62,996 nt of DNA, filler included, from 8 parts of 8 records of this genome joined end to end with filler, not necessarily neighbours in it; one strand, 5' to 3'; shown: positions 42,050 to 55,245, counted from the first letter of the whole stretch. The notes: a model not told the origin generated them from the letters alone. A program made the numbers and translations.

Positions 42050-43326
42050 TTACTTTTTAATTTTTCCTTTAATCATGGTAAACGAATGCGGAGCAAATGA
42101 ATAAGTAAACAGGTCAGAATCTTTCACTTTAATTGAAGGATTCTTTTGCGTATTTACGTTCGTTACTCCAAAATCGTTCACCGATTTAATATCAAAGTCC
42201 ATTTACTTCATACACCTCAAATTCGCCGTCAAAATTTCCTTCCTGCGAAATAATATCGGTTATTACCGCTTCATCTTTATTGCGGTTTACCACACAAATA
42301 GTTATATCATCGTTTTCGTATGTTGCCGAAACATCGAGAAAAGGCACATCTTTTTGAACTGTTGTAGATTCGCCAAGGCCGATAAAAAATTCATCGGTAT
42401 CGTACGTTTCGCAATCAACCAAAACATCAACCGATTGACCTTTTACATTATTTGCAAATAACTGTAATGGGTAAAAAATAGTTTGTTTAAACATGCCCTC
42501 TTCGGAAGTAAAAATTGGAGCAATAACATTAACAAGCTGAGCCATGTTAGCCATTTTAACCACATCGGCATTTCTGATAAAAACATTCAGGAATCCTGCA
42601 ATTACCAGCGCATCTTCTAAATTATAATGTTCTTCTAAAGCACGGTCGCCGGTCATGTGTTCTCCAACCCGCGCACGGTACCAGATATTATATTCATCCC
42701 AGGCTATATAAATAGGATCGCGATCGCCACGATCGGCATTTTCCATTTCCCGGGCTATCATTCCTTTTACAATTTGAGTTCGTTGTTCGCAAACCAATGG
42801 GCTTGAAACAAAATTGTAATAACTGTCTGCCGGATTACCTACATAAATATGTAATGCAATATAATCTACTACATCGCGCAATTCATTTAAAATAGTTGCA
42901 TTCCACTCATTTGGATCAGCATCGGGACGATAATTCGAAGAACCGGCCGCAATTAATTTGATTTCGGGCGAAGTTAGTTTCATTAACTTGGCTGCTTCGC
43001 GTGCTTTTTTGCTGTAGTCTTCGGCATTTAAATGACCCATTTGCCAAAAACCATCCATCTCGTTTCCTAAACTCCAGTATTTAATATTATGTGGTTCAGG
43101 ATATCCGTGTTTTTTACGTAACTCGGCATAGTACGGTCCTTCTTTTACGTTGCAATATTCCACCCAGTTTTGAGCTTCTTCGATGGTTCCGGTACCCATA
43201 TTAACTGCGAAATAGGGCTCAGTATTCATTCGTTTGGCATATTCAATAAACTCGTTTGTCCCAAATCTATTTGATTCTAAACGAGCCCATGCCAGTTCCA
43301 TTCTTGGCGGACGTTCATCTTTTGGC
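42050..43326 (-). CDS. GH51 alpha-L-arabinofuranosidase, 5'-truncated, frameshift near 42195
   Basis: FGTNEF, WSLGNEMDG.WQ.G, DEYN.W, ANMAQLVNVIAPI; tail ...FAPHSFTMIKGKIKK* in a shifted frame. Confidence 0.9.
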
Positions 43327-43426
43327 NNNNNNNNNNNNNNNNNNNNNNNNNNNNNNNNNNNNNNNNNNNNTTAATTAATTAANNNNNNNNNNNNNNNNNN
43401 NNNNNNNNNNNNNNNNNNNNNNNNNN
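43327..43426. other. artificial contig spacer
   Basis: N44-TTAATTAATTAA-N44. Confidence 0.99.
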
Positions 43427-44325
43427 AAAAGCTGTGCAATCTTTATACTTTGACAAACAACATGAGGCGCCAAAAATAGTCCTTGATAATACGGCAAATA
43501 CCCAGCTGGATTACATCCAACCTCTCTACCTATTGCGGGAGAAGTAAGTCTTTGTGCAATCATTTCAACACACTCTTTTTTACCTGCAATATAAGCACCT
43601 GTTGGTGCAATGCCTCCACCTGGATTCTTAATTAATGACCCTACTATTACATCCGCACCAACCTGTGTAGGCTCAATAGCTTCAACAAATTCACCATAAC
43701 AATTATCTATCATAATATATACATCCTGTCGGACGCTTTTAATATCGTTTATAATTTGTTTTATTCTTTCAATCGACATTGCAGGTCGCCAAGCATAACC
43801 GCGTGAACGTTGAATGAATACAACTTTTACATCACTTGTTAAGCTATCTATGACTCGGGAAATATCTGCTCGCCCATTGTCAGTCAATTGAATTTCGCTG
43901 TATTCCACTCCCCACTCTTTAAGCGATCCAACACACTCCTCGTTCCAGCCGATTACCGGAATCAAAGTATCATACGGAGCACCTGTTATAGATAATAGGC
44001 GCTGCTTTGGTCTTAACAATCCAAAAAAAGCACTAGTTAACGCATGTGTTGCCGACACATAATGCGAACGAACCAAGGCATCTTCCGCTCCTAAACTCTC
44101 TGCAAACAAAGCATCCAACGTATCTCGTCCGTCATCACCGTATCCATAACCTGTTGTTTGATTAAAATGCCTAGATGATACGCCACACTGATGAAATGCA
44201 TCAAGCACTTTCATTTGATTAATGCTTGCAATGTCTTGCGTAGTCTTAAAAACATCTGATAGCTTAGTTTCACACTGTTCAACATATTCTTTTGTTTCTT
44301 TTGAAATATTAAGTCCTTTGTACAA
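43427..44325 (-). CDS. YnbB-like methionine gamma-lyase/aluminium-resistance family PLP protein, 3'-truncated
   Basis: TGYGY.D.GR, IQRSRGY, DNCYGEF, GSLIKNPGGG. Confidence 0.9.
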
Positions 44326-44350
44326 CTATTAACTCTACCCTTCTAGAATA

Positions 44351-45336
44351 CTAAATTGATTTTTCCCAATCATTAATATAATTAATTACATCGTTAGTTA
44401 TACCGCAATAATCTAAGTTTGATAAGTCCCACCATTTAATCCGTTTATCACGTTTAAACCAAGTAATTTGCTTCTTAGCTAACCGTCTTGAGGCTATCTT
44501 AATATTATTAATAGCCTGCTCAAGTGAGACTACACCTTCCAAATATTCGATTGTTTCCTTATATCCGATTCCTTGCAATGATATCAAATCTTTTGAATAT
44601 CCGCTATCTAAAATGCCTTGCACTTCATTAACTAAGCCATTTTCTATCATGATATCAACTCGCAAATTAATCCTATCATATAGTTGCTGTCTATCCATAT
44701 TCAAACCAATAATAGTAAAATCAACATTACAAAGAGGCTTTTCGAAATCGTAGATTTCATTATTTTTTGCTGAGTCGGAATTAATTATCTCAAGCGCACG
44801 AATAACCCTTTTACGTTATTAGGATGAATACTTTCAGCTCTTGATGGCGCTTTTTCTTTTAGAATATTATGCAAAAATATATTGCCCTTTTCTTTAGCAA
44901 TATAGTCTAGTCGTTTTCTGTAGTTTTCATCGCGGACTACTTTCGTAAAATCCACATCATACGTAAGCGCATGAACATAAAGCCCCGTGCCTCCAACAAC
45001 TAACGGCAAACAATCTTTATCAATTATATCATTAATACACTTTCTAGCATTGTTTTGAAACTGTGCAACGCTATATGAATAATCCAAAGGTATGCAGTCA
45101 AGCATATGATGCTTTACACCAGCCTGCTCAATAATATCAGGTTTTGCTGATCCAATGTTTAAATGCTGATATATTTGCATAGAATCTGCCGATACGATTT
45201 CTGTATTCAATGCTTTTGCAACATCTATAGAAACCTTAGTTTTTCCAATCGCAGTCGGACCAATTACAACAGCAAAAGGTCCTTTAGGTGGTATCCTGTT
45301 TTTTATCTCTTCCAATTCATCCAACCACCCTTCCAA
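44351..45336 (-). CDS. miaA: tRNA dimethylallyltransferase, split by a frameshift near 44810
   Basis: GPTAIGKT, SADSMQIY, VGGTGLY; one added A gives HPNNVKRVIRALE; AKKQITWF. Confidence 0.93.
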
Positions 45337-47175
45337 ACGCTTTTTCTAAAGTTCTTCTCGATAGCTTAAAAACAATAGGACGCCCATGAGGACAGGTTAT
45401 TGTTTCTCCTTTGATCAATACAATGCGTATTATCTCATCCATTTCTGTTTTATTCAAGGTATCTCCAGCTTTTATTGCGCTTCTACAAGCTAGTCTAGCA
45501 AGTTTTTCTTTTTTTAGTTCTACGCTGTCCTGAGAAACACCTTGAGCTGAGATCTGCATGAAAAAATCATTCATGCTAACCTGTCCTAAAACAAATGGTA
45601 AAGCACTTATCCTTAGTGTATTTGCTCCAAATCCCTCTATTTCAAAGCCAAGACTCTCAAGGTTATCTAATTGTGACATAACCGCAGTATACTCCTTTGG
45701 AGAAAGAGTTATTATCTCAGGAGATAAGAGCTTTTGTGACATCAATTTTTCTGTATTAAGACTATCAATTAAATCATCATATCTTATTCTTTCATGAGCT
45801 GCATGCTTGTCAACTAACCATAGCTCATCAGATTTTTCAAGTACAATATAAGTATTAAACACTTCTCCAATAACAATATACCCTTCGTTATCATCCTCAA
45901 CTATTGGTACAGCCTCTAACCTATTATCATAATTCTTTTCTATACTTTCTTTTTGAGGTGCTTCGGTCAATTCTTTTTCTTTTTCATATCCAATAAGACC
46001 AATCTCATTTATTTCATCGCGATAGTCTTTATTTAACCCTTGCCTTTCCTCAACTTTATGTAGCTTCTCAGGTTTTTTCTCAAACCCGAACCTAAGTGCA
46101 ATTTCATTAATGTTTTCTTTCAACTTTGCAGTTGGGTTTTCATTGTTCACAGACGGTTGTTCAATATTTATGCTATCTTTATTCTCATAAACCGAATCAT
46201 CCAGCGTATTCATTACGGCTGTAGATAAAAAGTTTAATACTTTTTGTTGATCATTAAAACGAATTTCAAGCTTATTTGGGGAAACGTTTACATCAACAAA
46301 TTGTGGTTGAACATTAATATTGATTGCACACACTGGGAATCTATGTTGCATCAACCTTACCCCAAACGCTTTTTGGAGAGATTCGGCTAATTGTTTAGAT
46401 TTAATATAACGCCCGTTAACAAAAAAAGATTGCCATGTACGATTAGCCCTTGATACGCGTTCCGTTCCAATAACTCCCCTAATTGTTAGCTCATCCTTTG
46501 AAAAAGATACTGAAGCAATTCTCCTAATAGATCTTTTCCATAAATACTTAACAATACATTATTTAGTTTTCCATCACCCATTGTTTGATAGAGTGTTCGT
46601 CCATTATGCGCAAATCGAAAAGCTATATCAGGATGAGCCATCATCATACGCATAACAATATCTGCACAATATGCTGCCTCATACGAAAACTTTTTTAAAA
46701 ACTTCAACCTTGCCGGCGTATTATAAAAAAGATTCTTTACAATAACACCTGTTCCTACAGGCGCTCCAACTTCCTTATGATCAAGAAATTCTCCACCTTC
46801 CACTCTAACTAAAACTCCGCTTTCATCTTTATGCTGTCTTGTCATAAGCTCCACCATTGAAACAGCTGCAATTGAATACAGTGCTTCGCCACGAAAACCA
46901 AGGGATTTTATGCAGTCAATATCCTGAGACGTTTCTATTTTACTAGTTGCATGCCTTAAAAACGCGGTTTTAGCATCTAAAAAAGACAATCCTGTGCCAT
47001 TATCGCTAACACGTATTTGGCTCATTCCTCCATCTAATATTTCGATGGTTATTGCCCTAGAATTAGCATCAATAGAGTTTTCGACTAATTCCTTAACAAT
47101 AGACGACGGTCTTTCCACAACCTCTCCTGCGGCTATTTTTGAAGCCACAGAAGCATCCAAAATCTTAATACTCAT
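45317..47175 (-). CDS. mutL: DNA mismatch repair endonuclease MutL, split by a frameshift near 46512
   Basis: IAAGEVVERP, GFRGEAL, DVNV.P.K, D.HAAHERI, CPHGRP. Confidence 0.94.
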
Positions 47176-47212
47176 ATTAATTATCCTCTAATATTCAAAT
47201 ATCCAACTATAG

Positions 47213-49001
47213 TTATTCTTTTATTCCAGATTGTAATGAATACAATGTGTTTAATGCTTCAATAGGTGTAGTCATCGATAAATCAACATCTTTTATTTTC
47301 TTTATAATTTCAACATAGTTATCACTTATTGCATCCACATGTTTATGTTGAACATCAGCTTTTTTATTCTGTATTTCATCCATTATTGAAGTTTGCCTCA
47401 TATCAACATCTTCAAGGTGAGAAAGAATTTCTTTTGCTCTATCCGTTACTTGACTTGGTATTCCAGAAATGTTTGCAACATGAATACCAAAGCTTTTATC
47501 ACATCCTCCACGCGTAATCCTGTGCAAGAATACAATATCTTCTCCAACTTCCTTCACTGCAACACGATAATTCTTCACACCCTCTAAGTTATCCTCCAAC
47601 TCAGTTAACTCATGATAATGAGTAGAAAAAAGTGTTCTGGCTCCAATGCTCTCATTACTACAAATATGTTCCAAAACAGCCCACGCTATGCTCAATCCAT
47701 CAAACGTACTAGTACCTCTGCCAATTTCGTCTAATACAATTAAACTACGACGTGTTGCAGACCGTAAAATAGAGGCTACTTCTGTCATCTCAACCATAAA
47801 TGTGCTCTGTCCAGATGCCAAATCATCCGAAGCACCAATCCTAGTAAACACCCTGTCCACTCTACCGATATGAGCTGAATTTGCAGGTACAAATGATCCA
47901 ATATGCGCCATTATTACTACTAAAGCAGTTTGACGCATATACGTACTCTTACCTGACATATTAGGCCCCGTAATGATAAGCATACGGTTATCAGTAGTAT
48001 TTAGTTCTGTGTCGTTTGGCACAAACATCTTATTATTCAGCATTTTTTCTACAACTGGATGCCTGCCATCTTCAATATTTATTTCAAATCCTTCATCAAC
48101 CGTTGGACGAACATAATTAAATTCTAGCGCACACGCAGCCAATGCGTATAACGAATCAAGCTGTGCAATCACCTGCGCTGACTGCTGTATCCGCGGTATT
48201 TGCTGTTGAATATGCTGACGAATCTCACAAAACACACTGTTCTCTAATCTAATAAGCTTATCCTCTGCACCAAGGATAGTTTCTTCCATTTCCTTAAGTT
48301 CATCAGTTATATATCGCTCTGCATTAGCGAGGGTTTGCTTACGAACGTATCTATAAGGCACTTTACCAAAATATGATTTCGTAACCTCTAAGTAATAGCC
48401 AAATACTTTATTAAACCCAACCTTAAGATTTTTGATCCCCGTAGCTTCACGTTCTTCAGTTTCTAAATCACTTATCCATTTTTTACCGTTAGATGACACA
48501 TTCTTAAATTCATCTACCTGATCGTTGAACCCATCTTTTATAATACCGCCATCTCTTATGCTTGTTGGTGGATCGGGATGAATAGACTCATCAATGAGCT
48601 TTGTAATATCTTCAAGTGGATCTAGGCTTGTGTGCAGCACATTCAGTAAAGCAGAATTTGTACCATTCAATAATTTTTGTATATCAGGTAAAGCTGAAAG
48701 CGATTTTCCAAGCGATAACAAATCTCTTGCATTAGCCGAAGCATAGGCAATTTTTGATGAAAGACGTTCGATATCATATATCTTACTAAGCGATTCTTTC
48801 AAACTCATACTTAATCCAACATCAGACACCAGCTCTTGTACAGTATCTAGTCTAGCATTAATTTGTGCCGTTTCTTGTAGAGGCTGTTCTATCCATCTAC
48901 GAAGAAGCCTCGCCCCCATAGCAGTTCTTGTTTTATCTAATAAACTAAGTAGAGTTCCCTTTTTCCCACCATCTTTTAACGACCTAGTAAGTTCCATATT
49001 T
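47213..49001 (-). CDS. mutS: DNA mismatch repair protein MutS, 5'-truncated
   Basis: GRHPVVE, ITGPNMSGKST, GQSTFMVEM, DEIGRGTST, THYHEL. Confidence 0.96.
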
Positions 49002-49101
49002 NNNNNNNNNNNNNNNNNNNNNNNNNNNNNNNNNNNNNNNNNNNNTTAATTAATTAANNNNNNNNNNNNNNNNNNNNNNNNNNNNNNNNNNNNNNNNNNN
49101 N
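49002..49101. other. artificial contig spacer
   Basis: N44-TTAATTAATTAA-N44. Confidence 0.99.
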
Positions 49102-49185
49102 ATTGAAAATGGACTTTTCGGTCACCCTCTTACTAAAATCTCATAAAAACATCTCGAAATCTAAAGATAAGGATGGGGGTAATAA

Positions 49186-49620
49186 ATGAAACATATTCAC
49201 GTTAATTTACTAAATAATGATGAATTAAGAGGTAAAATAAGAAATATAATCGATGAATTTGAAAAAGATAGAGAAGAGCTAATAAACAAACTTTGTGATG
49301 AGAGATTTGATAAAACATGTAGTCATAAAAAATCAACTTTTGTGGTTTTTGGACGAGAGTTTGAGGTATCACTTGCAATGCAGGAAGCTTTGGTAGAAAC
49401 AGTATTATATAAATTTGACTTTTTAATAAGAGAGGTCTATAAAGCTCCTAATGGAGAAGTTGAAAAAAAAGTTGATGTAAAACTGAACTACGATTACTTT
49501 TATACTCTAAATCACCAATTTAGAAGAACTGACAGTCATGAGAACTATACCATTGAAGATGTTGTGGCATCATTTAGAAAATGGTATGAAATGAACTTTA
49601 GAAAGACAGTAATTGCATAA
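49186..49620 (+). CDS. hypothetical protein
   Basis: GGGGGT RBS, 144-aa ORF, downstream hairpin. Confidence 0.65.
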   Translation: MKHIHVNLLNNDELRGKIRNIIDEFEKDREELINKLCDERFDKTCSHKKSTFVVFGREFEVSLAMQEALVETVLYKFDFLIREVYKAPNGEVEKKVDVKLNYDYFYTLNHQFRRTDSHENYTIEDVVASFRKWYEMNFRKTVIA

Positions 49621-49646
49621 ATAGAAAAATATTAAATAGAATTAGA

Positions 49647-49686
49647 ATTCGGCTGATTAAAAATTAATTTTTTAGTCAGTCGAATT
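49647..49686. repeat. palindromic element GGCTGATTAAAA...TTTTAGTCAGTC, copy 1 (likely bidirectional terminator)
   Basis: AATTCGGCTGATTAAAAA / TTTTTAGTCAGTCGAATT between convergent genes. Confidence 0.65.
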
Positions 49687-49729
49687 TTTTAGTTATTAAT
49701 GACTTTTACTTTAATGATAAAGGTTTCAT

Positions 49730-49921
49730 TTATTTCTTTTTTGATTTTTCTCTCAAAAAAATCTCAATATCAACAAATGAAGAGTATTTTGCGATACAAG
49801 TTCTTGTTTTTAAATCAATGATTTTCCAAGTAGTCCTATCTGTAGTTATTCCAACAGGTCTCTTTTTTAATTTACTATAGTTTGCTTCTACTCTTTCAAT
49901 TCTTGCTCTAGATATCTTCAA
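49730..49921 (-). CDS. small basic hypothetical protein
   Basis: AAGGAG RBS before TTG start; 63 aa. Confidence 0.55.
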   Translation of the reverse strand: MKISRARIERVEANYSKLKKRPVGITTDRTTWKIIDLKTRTCIAKYSSFVDIEIFLREKSKKK

Positions 49922-50060
49922 TAGTTTTTCTCCTTATTCTTTGCTTAAAATATTTTATATCATTTTTATTGATTTTGCTAGTAATTTTTTCTGATAAAAG
50001 AGGTTTCGTGTTAATATTATAGAATAACATACTATTAAGATATTGTTGAACTAGTCAGAA

Positions 50061-50089
50061 TTGACCTTTAAGCAAAAATTATGTATACT
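50061..50089 (+). promoter_or_regulatory. sigma70-type promoter
   Basis: TTGACC-17-TATACT. Confidence 0.55.
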
Positions 50090-50155
50090 ATCAAAAGTTA
50101 GAAAAATAATCAGTTTTACTAGTCTCTTTATGACTGCCAAGGGGTTGATATAATT

Positions 50156-50899
50156 ATGAGATGTAAAAATATAATAGGGGCTGTAGTTTTGTTACAGCTG
50201 GTGCTTTGTATTAAGGTTTTTTCGATTGAGGTTGAGGTATATGCTTTGGAAGCTATGCCATACTGCGGTATTGTTGATGGCAAACCAGCAGGTATTGCAA
50301 TCGATGTGCTATCAGAGGCTACGAATTACGGGGCTCCAACGTTTAAGTTCAACTTTGACGTCTCATGGCGCAGAGCTCAAAGAACCATACAAAATTCAAA
50401 AAATAAGCTTGTAGCAATTATACCTTTCTCTAGAGTGGAAAAAAGAGAAAAAGAGTATAAATGGATTGTTGAACTTTTTCCAACGATATCAAGATTTTAT
50501 TCTTATAGGAGATTTCAACCAGTGATGTCTATTGATGAAGCAAAAGAGTTAACTATTGGTGTGGTTAAAGGACATGCGATTATATCGAGACTAAAGGACT
50601 TGGGAGTTAATAATTTAGATGAAGGTGCAGCCGATGCGGGAATGAACGCTTCGAAGTTATTTAGAAAACGATTTGATGCACTTGCAGATTCTGATTTAAT
50701 TAGTATTTATAATTGGAAAAAAATAGGTGGAAATATGGAAGAGTTACAAGAAGGAGCAGCAATTGGTGATGTAACAAGAGTATTTATCGCTGCAAACCTT
50801 AATTTTCCAGAAGATGTTGCATCTAGTATATACGAAGCAGTAGAGAAGATGCGAAAAGATGGAACTTATCAGAGAATAATGCAAGAATGGAGAAATTAA
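50156..50899 (+). CDS. family 3-like periplasmic substrate-binding protein
   Basis: signal peptide, G...GIAID, W.RA, R.E.REK.YKW, MRKDGTYQRI. Confidence 0.8.
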   Translation: MRCKNIIGAVVLLQLVLCIKVFSIEVEVYALEAMPYCGIVDGKPAGIAIDVLSEATNYGAPTFKFNFDVSWRRAQRTIQNSKNKLVAIIPFSRVEKREKEYKWIVELFPTISRFYSYRRFQPVMSIDEAKELTIGVVKGHAIISRLKDLGVNNLDEGAADAGMNASKLFRKRFDALADSDLISIYNWKKIGGNMEELQEGAAIGDVTRVFIAANLNFPEDVASSIYEAVEKMRKDGTYQRIMQEWRN

Positions 50900-50938
50900 T
50901 AATAGAGCCTCTCAAAGTCGTGTGAGAGGCTCTATTAT
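50900..50938. terminator. bidirectional terminator-like hairpin
   Basis: TAATAGAGCCTCTCA...TGAGAGGCTCTATTA between convergent genes. Confidence 0.7.
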
Positions 50939-50954
50939 ATATTAATATAATATT

Positions 50955-51749
50955 CTAGAATCCACTGACCACTTCTTGTACTCTTATATATGAGTCATTT
51001 GGGACATTTCCTTTTCCATAGTATTTTTCCATAATCTCCATCCACGTACCATTTTCAACAATCGTTTTCATACCTTTTTTAAGTTTTGGAGCAAATTTAG
51101 CATAATCAGGATGAGATTTATTTAATAATAGTGTAGCTTCCGCAGTTACAAATGGCGTATTATTGTTAACAGTAAAACTTGATGTTTTTCCTTTAAAGAG
51201 GTCATCTAACATTGTTTGGATAGATAAATCAACAGCAACTCCTATATCATTTCTACCACCGTCAACTTTTTTAAAAACTACATCCAAAGTATTAGCAGGC
51301 TCAACTTTTAATCCACTTCTTTGTCCTACAGATTGTGTTATACCTGGTATAACCCCAATGCTATAAGGTCTTAAATCACTAAGTTGACTAAATGATAATC
51401 CATTTGGGAAACGATTATTTTTGTAAAAAACTAAAAATCTAAGTTTAATAAACGGAAAAACTTCCAGTTTTGGTTTTACATTATCAGGAAAAGCTCCTAA
51501 TACTCCAATGTATGCTAGATTAGTATTGTTAATAATTAGAGAAGTAGCTCTTTTAGATGGTAAAATGGTTAATTTAGTATCTACTCCCGCTTCTTTGAAA
51601 GAAGCTTCGATTAGCTCAGGTAAAACACCTTCTTTCGAATAAGAACTTTCACCCATAAATGGTGGATAATAAAATGATAATATTTCTAGAGTATCAGCAA
51701 AACTTACGATACATAAGATAAATAGTAACCCTGTGATTAATCTTTTCAT
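50955..51749 (-). CDS. family 3-like periplasmic substrate-binding protein
   Basis: start MKRLITG after AAGGAGG; YPPF, G...ELI, P.KRA, GRND, NGTW..I.EKY. Confidence 0.8.
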   Translation of the reverse strand: MKRLITGLLFILCIVSFADTLEILSFYYPPFMGESSYSKEGVLPELIEASFKEAGVDTKLTILPSKRATSLIINNTNLAYIGVLGAFPDNVKPKLEVFPFIKLRFLVFYKNNRFPNGLSFSQLSDLRPYSIGVIPGITQSVGQRSGLKVEPANTLDVVFKKVDGGRNDIGVAVDLSIQTMLDDLFKGKTSSFTVNNNTPFVTAEATLLLNKSHPDYAKFAPKLKKGMKTIVENGTWMEIMEKYYGKGNVPNDSYIRVQEVVSGF

Positions 51750-51921
51750 AAAAATTCCTCCTTTTTTATAATTAAGTTCATAATAGTTCATACTATTCCA
51801 GTGAGGCATATCCTGCTTTAAATAATAAAAAAACAAATTCAAATTGACAATAGTCAAAAAAATAAAAACTAACCCTTGATTTTAAAGGGTTAGTAATGTT
51901 TGGAAGTATTAAATTGATTTA

Positions 51922-54900
51922 TTATTTTTTAATTAGTTTAATAACAATGTCGCCGCGATACTCTCCAGTTTCTATAGCTGTTTTCTTACCGTCAACTGTC
52001 ATCTCTAAAGAATAACCCTCTTTAGCTCTAATAGTAGTTCCCTCTTCAATAGTTAAGCTACCTAAGTATGAATCGTAAGTAACAAGCCAAGTAGAGCTAT
52101 CATTGAATTCTGCGGTGATTCCCCAATTAGCTTCTGCGTTATAGTAGTTCCCGTTTCTTGAAGTAGTTTCGCCAGCATTATCAGTGTAAGAGGTAGGTGT
52201 ATTCCATAAACCATTTGATCCATCAGCAAATGAACCAGTAAATGTCGAACCAGTAAATGTAACATTTAGCTTTGAATTTCTATTACCAGGTCTGCCTTCT
52301 ACAGCTCTTTGAACGACACCCTCATTCCATATAATCCCCTCTGCGGCTGAATTACTAATATTAATAGCTGGTTCAGAGCCTGCTTCTGAGGCAATCAGAT
52401 AATTATAATCATCTCCATTGTTATTAGCAAAAGTGGATTTATCTATATTCATAGTAATTCCAGCTGATTCAAACTCAAGAACTGAACTTACAAAGCCTCC
52501 AAATGAACTTCCAACTGTTAAATATGGTACATCAGAATAATCTGTAGTTCCAGTATATGCACCAGCTGAATAGTTGTAATATGTGTTATCTAATATAGAG
52601 TTTCTTAATAGAGTGGCTTCTGTATACTCAACACCAGCAATTTCAGTTAAAGTATTTAAAAGTATTTTTTGATTCTCAGTGGAAATTTCGTAATTTTCAC
52701 ACAACTCGCCAATAGTCATATTAGTATCACTAATCATATAGTGAATTAACTCTGCATTTCCATTATTGGCTTCTTTCCAAGCTTCTACCGCAAGCTCTGC
52801 TTTTTCTCCATAAGTATAGTCTCCGTAATCCTTATTTACCATAAATGCTACATTCTCAAATGTAGAGGTAGAAGAGTTATTTATTCCTCCTCTGTTTCTA
52901 AATGCCATTTGTCCCTCACTACTAGAATTCTTAATTTTAAACGTTCCTCCTGAAGCAGAAACTAAGCCACCATCCATTTTTGATATGAAACTAGAGTCTT
53001 CAGCGTTAATAATTCCGCCACCAATAACATATGCACCGGCAGATCTATTACCATAAGTAGTTGTATGGAAATCTACTGCATCAACAACACCATTACCAAA
53101 ATCATTTGCTAAAGCTGAAGCTTGTCCCACAGAGTAACTTCCAACTTTTCCAGTTGTAGAATCAATATTTTCTAAGTAAGAATAGCCACCATAAACAACA
53201 TCAGCAACATGGTTGTTCCAACCTTCAAGAGTAAAATCAGCATTATATAGATAAACTGCAGCAGTTTCACTTGGAGCATCAACTTGCCCGGCTTTTGTTC
53301 CAGCTCCACCGGCAATGACTCCATTTGCTCCATCTCCGTTAGCGTAATATGTACTTCTTTCTCCGTTTAAATCACCAGCTGTGATTACTCCACCGTTTGT
53401 AGCATATAGCAGGGCATTCATTCCCCACTCCATTACAATTTCAACGTTATATGCATCTAGTTCACTTTCATATGACATTTTAGCCCAGTTTCCCATAGAT
53501 GTACTTTCAGCATTTACAGCACCTACGTTAATAGTTCCATAATTAGTTGCCCACAAGATACTTCTCTCTTCGTTAGATACAGCATCAATTGATTTTCCAT
53601 CTTTTGAGCTACTAACATCTAAACTATCAAGTTCAACAGCACTATCTTCTCCATCAGATTTAATAACAGAGTTTGCAAATGATAAGTATTTTGGATTTAA
53701 AATATCTCTGGCGTTCAAATCGTTTAAATTTTCGTTATCACTTTTTATTTTAACCGAATTATAATCGTATTTAACACTAAATGGAGAGTAGTATAATGTA
53801 TCAATGTCTCCGTCGTTATCATTATCTCTATAAGTTACGTATTTATAACTACCAACACCTGTAGAGGGTAACAGGTTCGTTAGAGAATCAGCTTCAATTT
53901 TTTCTCCGCTTTTTACGTTATATGCAGATACATTTTCATCTAACTCTACTCTGTTTCCATTTACATAATATCCTTCTTTATAATTAAGAATAGATTTAAC
54001 TTTTGAGTAAGAACTACTTTCAGCAATTTCAGTATTTATATTTTCAGCATCCTCACTGGTTAATGCTTTAAAAGTTTTATTTAGTTCATTAGCACTAAGT
54101 ATTTCAGAAAAATCAGAATGAATTTCAATTTTCTGCTCTTTAGCTACATAGTTTTCTCCATTAAATGTAACGTTGTTTGAGCTTAGGTTAAAGTTATGTT
54201 CATCATCGCCTGTTGATTTTGAAATGTTTAGAATGTCGCTAGTAGAGATTTCATTGCCCTCGAACTCCGTAACATTTAGGTATGTTCCACCTGCAATTAT
54301 TGCAGCTTCCGAATTTTCAACAGTGATACTTAGAGTTTCAATGTTGTTAGTATTAACTTCTTTTCCACCAACATTTGTTTGCGCTGTTGTTGCAGGCATA
54401 TACACCTTTGCATTTCCACTACTTTGGAAAGCTGAGTCATCAACTTTAATATCGGGATTTGCAAATGAAATTATCAACGCTGTATTTAAGTCATAAAAAG
54501 CCCAATCTGCAACTTCCTCAACTGCTGATGGAACATAAACTGCTGTTATCTCACCGTGATGCCCAAAAGCCTGTGCGGCGATTTTAGTAACTGGAGCTCC
54601 TCCGAGAACAGCTGGAACAATAACAGTGCTATCAGTTTTTCCTGAATAATAAGTGATTGTACTAGTCACAGTTTTTTTATTATCATTAGTTGTTGTTACA
54701 ATATCAAATGACCAATCTCCCTCAGTTACTGCTACTTTTGTTGTTTCAATTTGTGCTCCAAATCCACCTGGAGGAGGGCCTGGAGGCATCCCCATTACTG
54801 CATCAGGTGCGTTAATATCTTTTACTTCGTTCGTTACTTGTAAATTTTCACTTTTCTCATCGTTATTTGCACATCCATTTAGAATAACGCTTAGTGAGCA

Positions 54901-54932
54901 AAGTGCTAACAAAACCTTTTAGAATTTTTCAT
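51922..54932 (-). CDS. large lipoprotein with BspA-like LRR and putative beta-helix region; frameshift near 54918 in the signal peptide
   Basis: AGGAGG before ATG 54932; lipobox LNGC; VIVPAVLGGAPVTKI..AF, V.EV..WAF; Gly/Ser/Asn-rich beta strands. Confidence 0.7.
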
Positions 54933-55245
54933 ATTTCCTCCTTTTAGCTTGAACAATTATGTGATTTGATTTAAAATATAAGCATAAGTTTGCATAATTT
55001 ATTTATGGTTTGAATTTGAGTAATATGCAAATCTCTTAGTAATAATTAGATAGATTTTATCTTTCTAAAATCATGATAACAAGAAAAGATGAATAATTTG
55101 TGAAAAATATTTATATAAATAAAAAGTACAGAAGAAGAGAATAATTTAGACTCTTTCTGTACTCTATCATGTTACACCCCTGCCAAGGAATTAAATTTTA
55201 CCATACTATACTTAAAATATCAATAAATTGAAAGGTTGATGAGAT

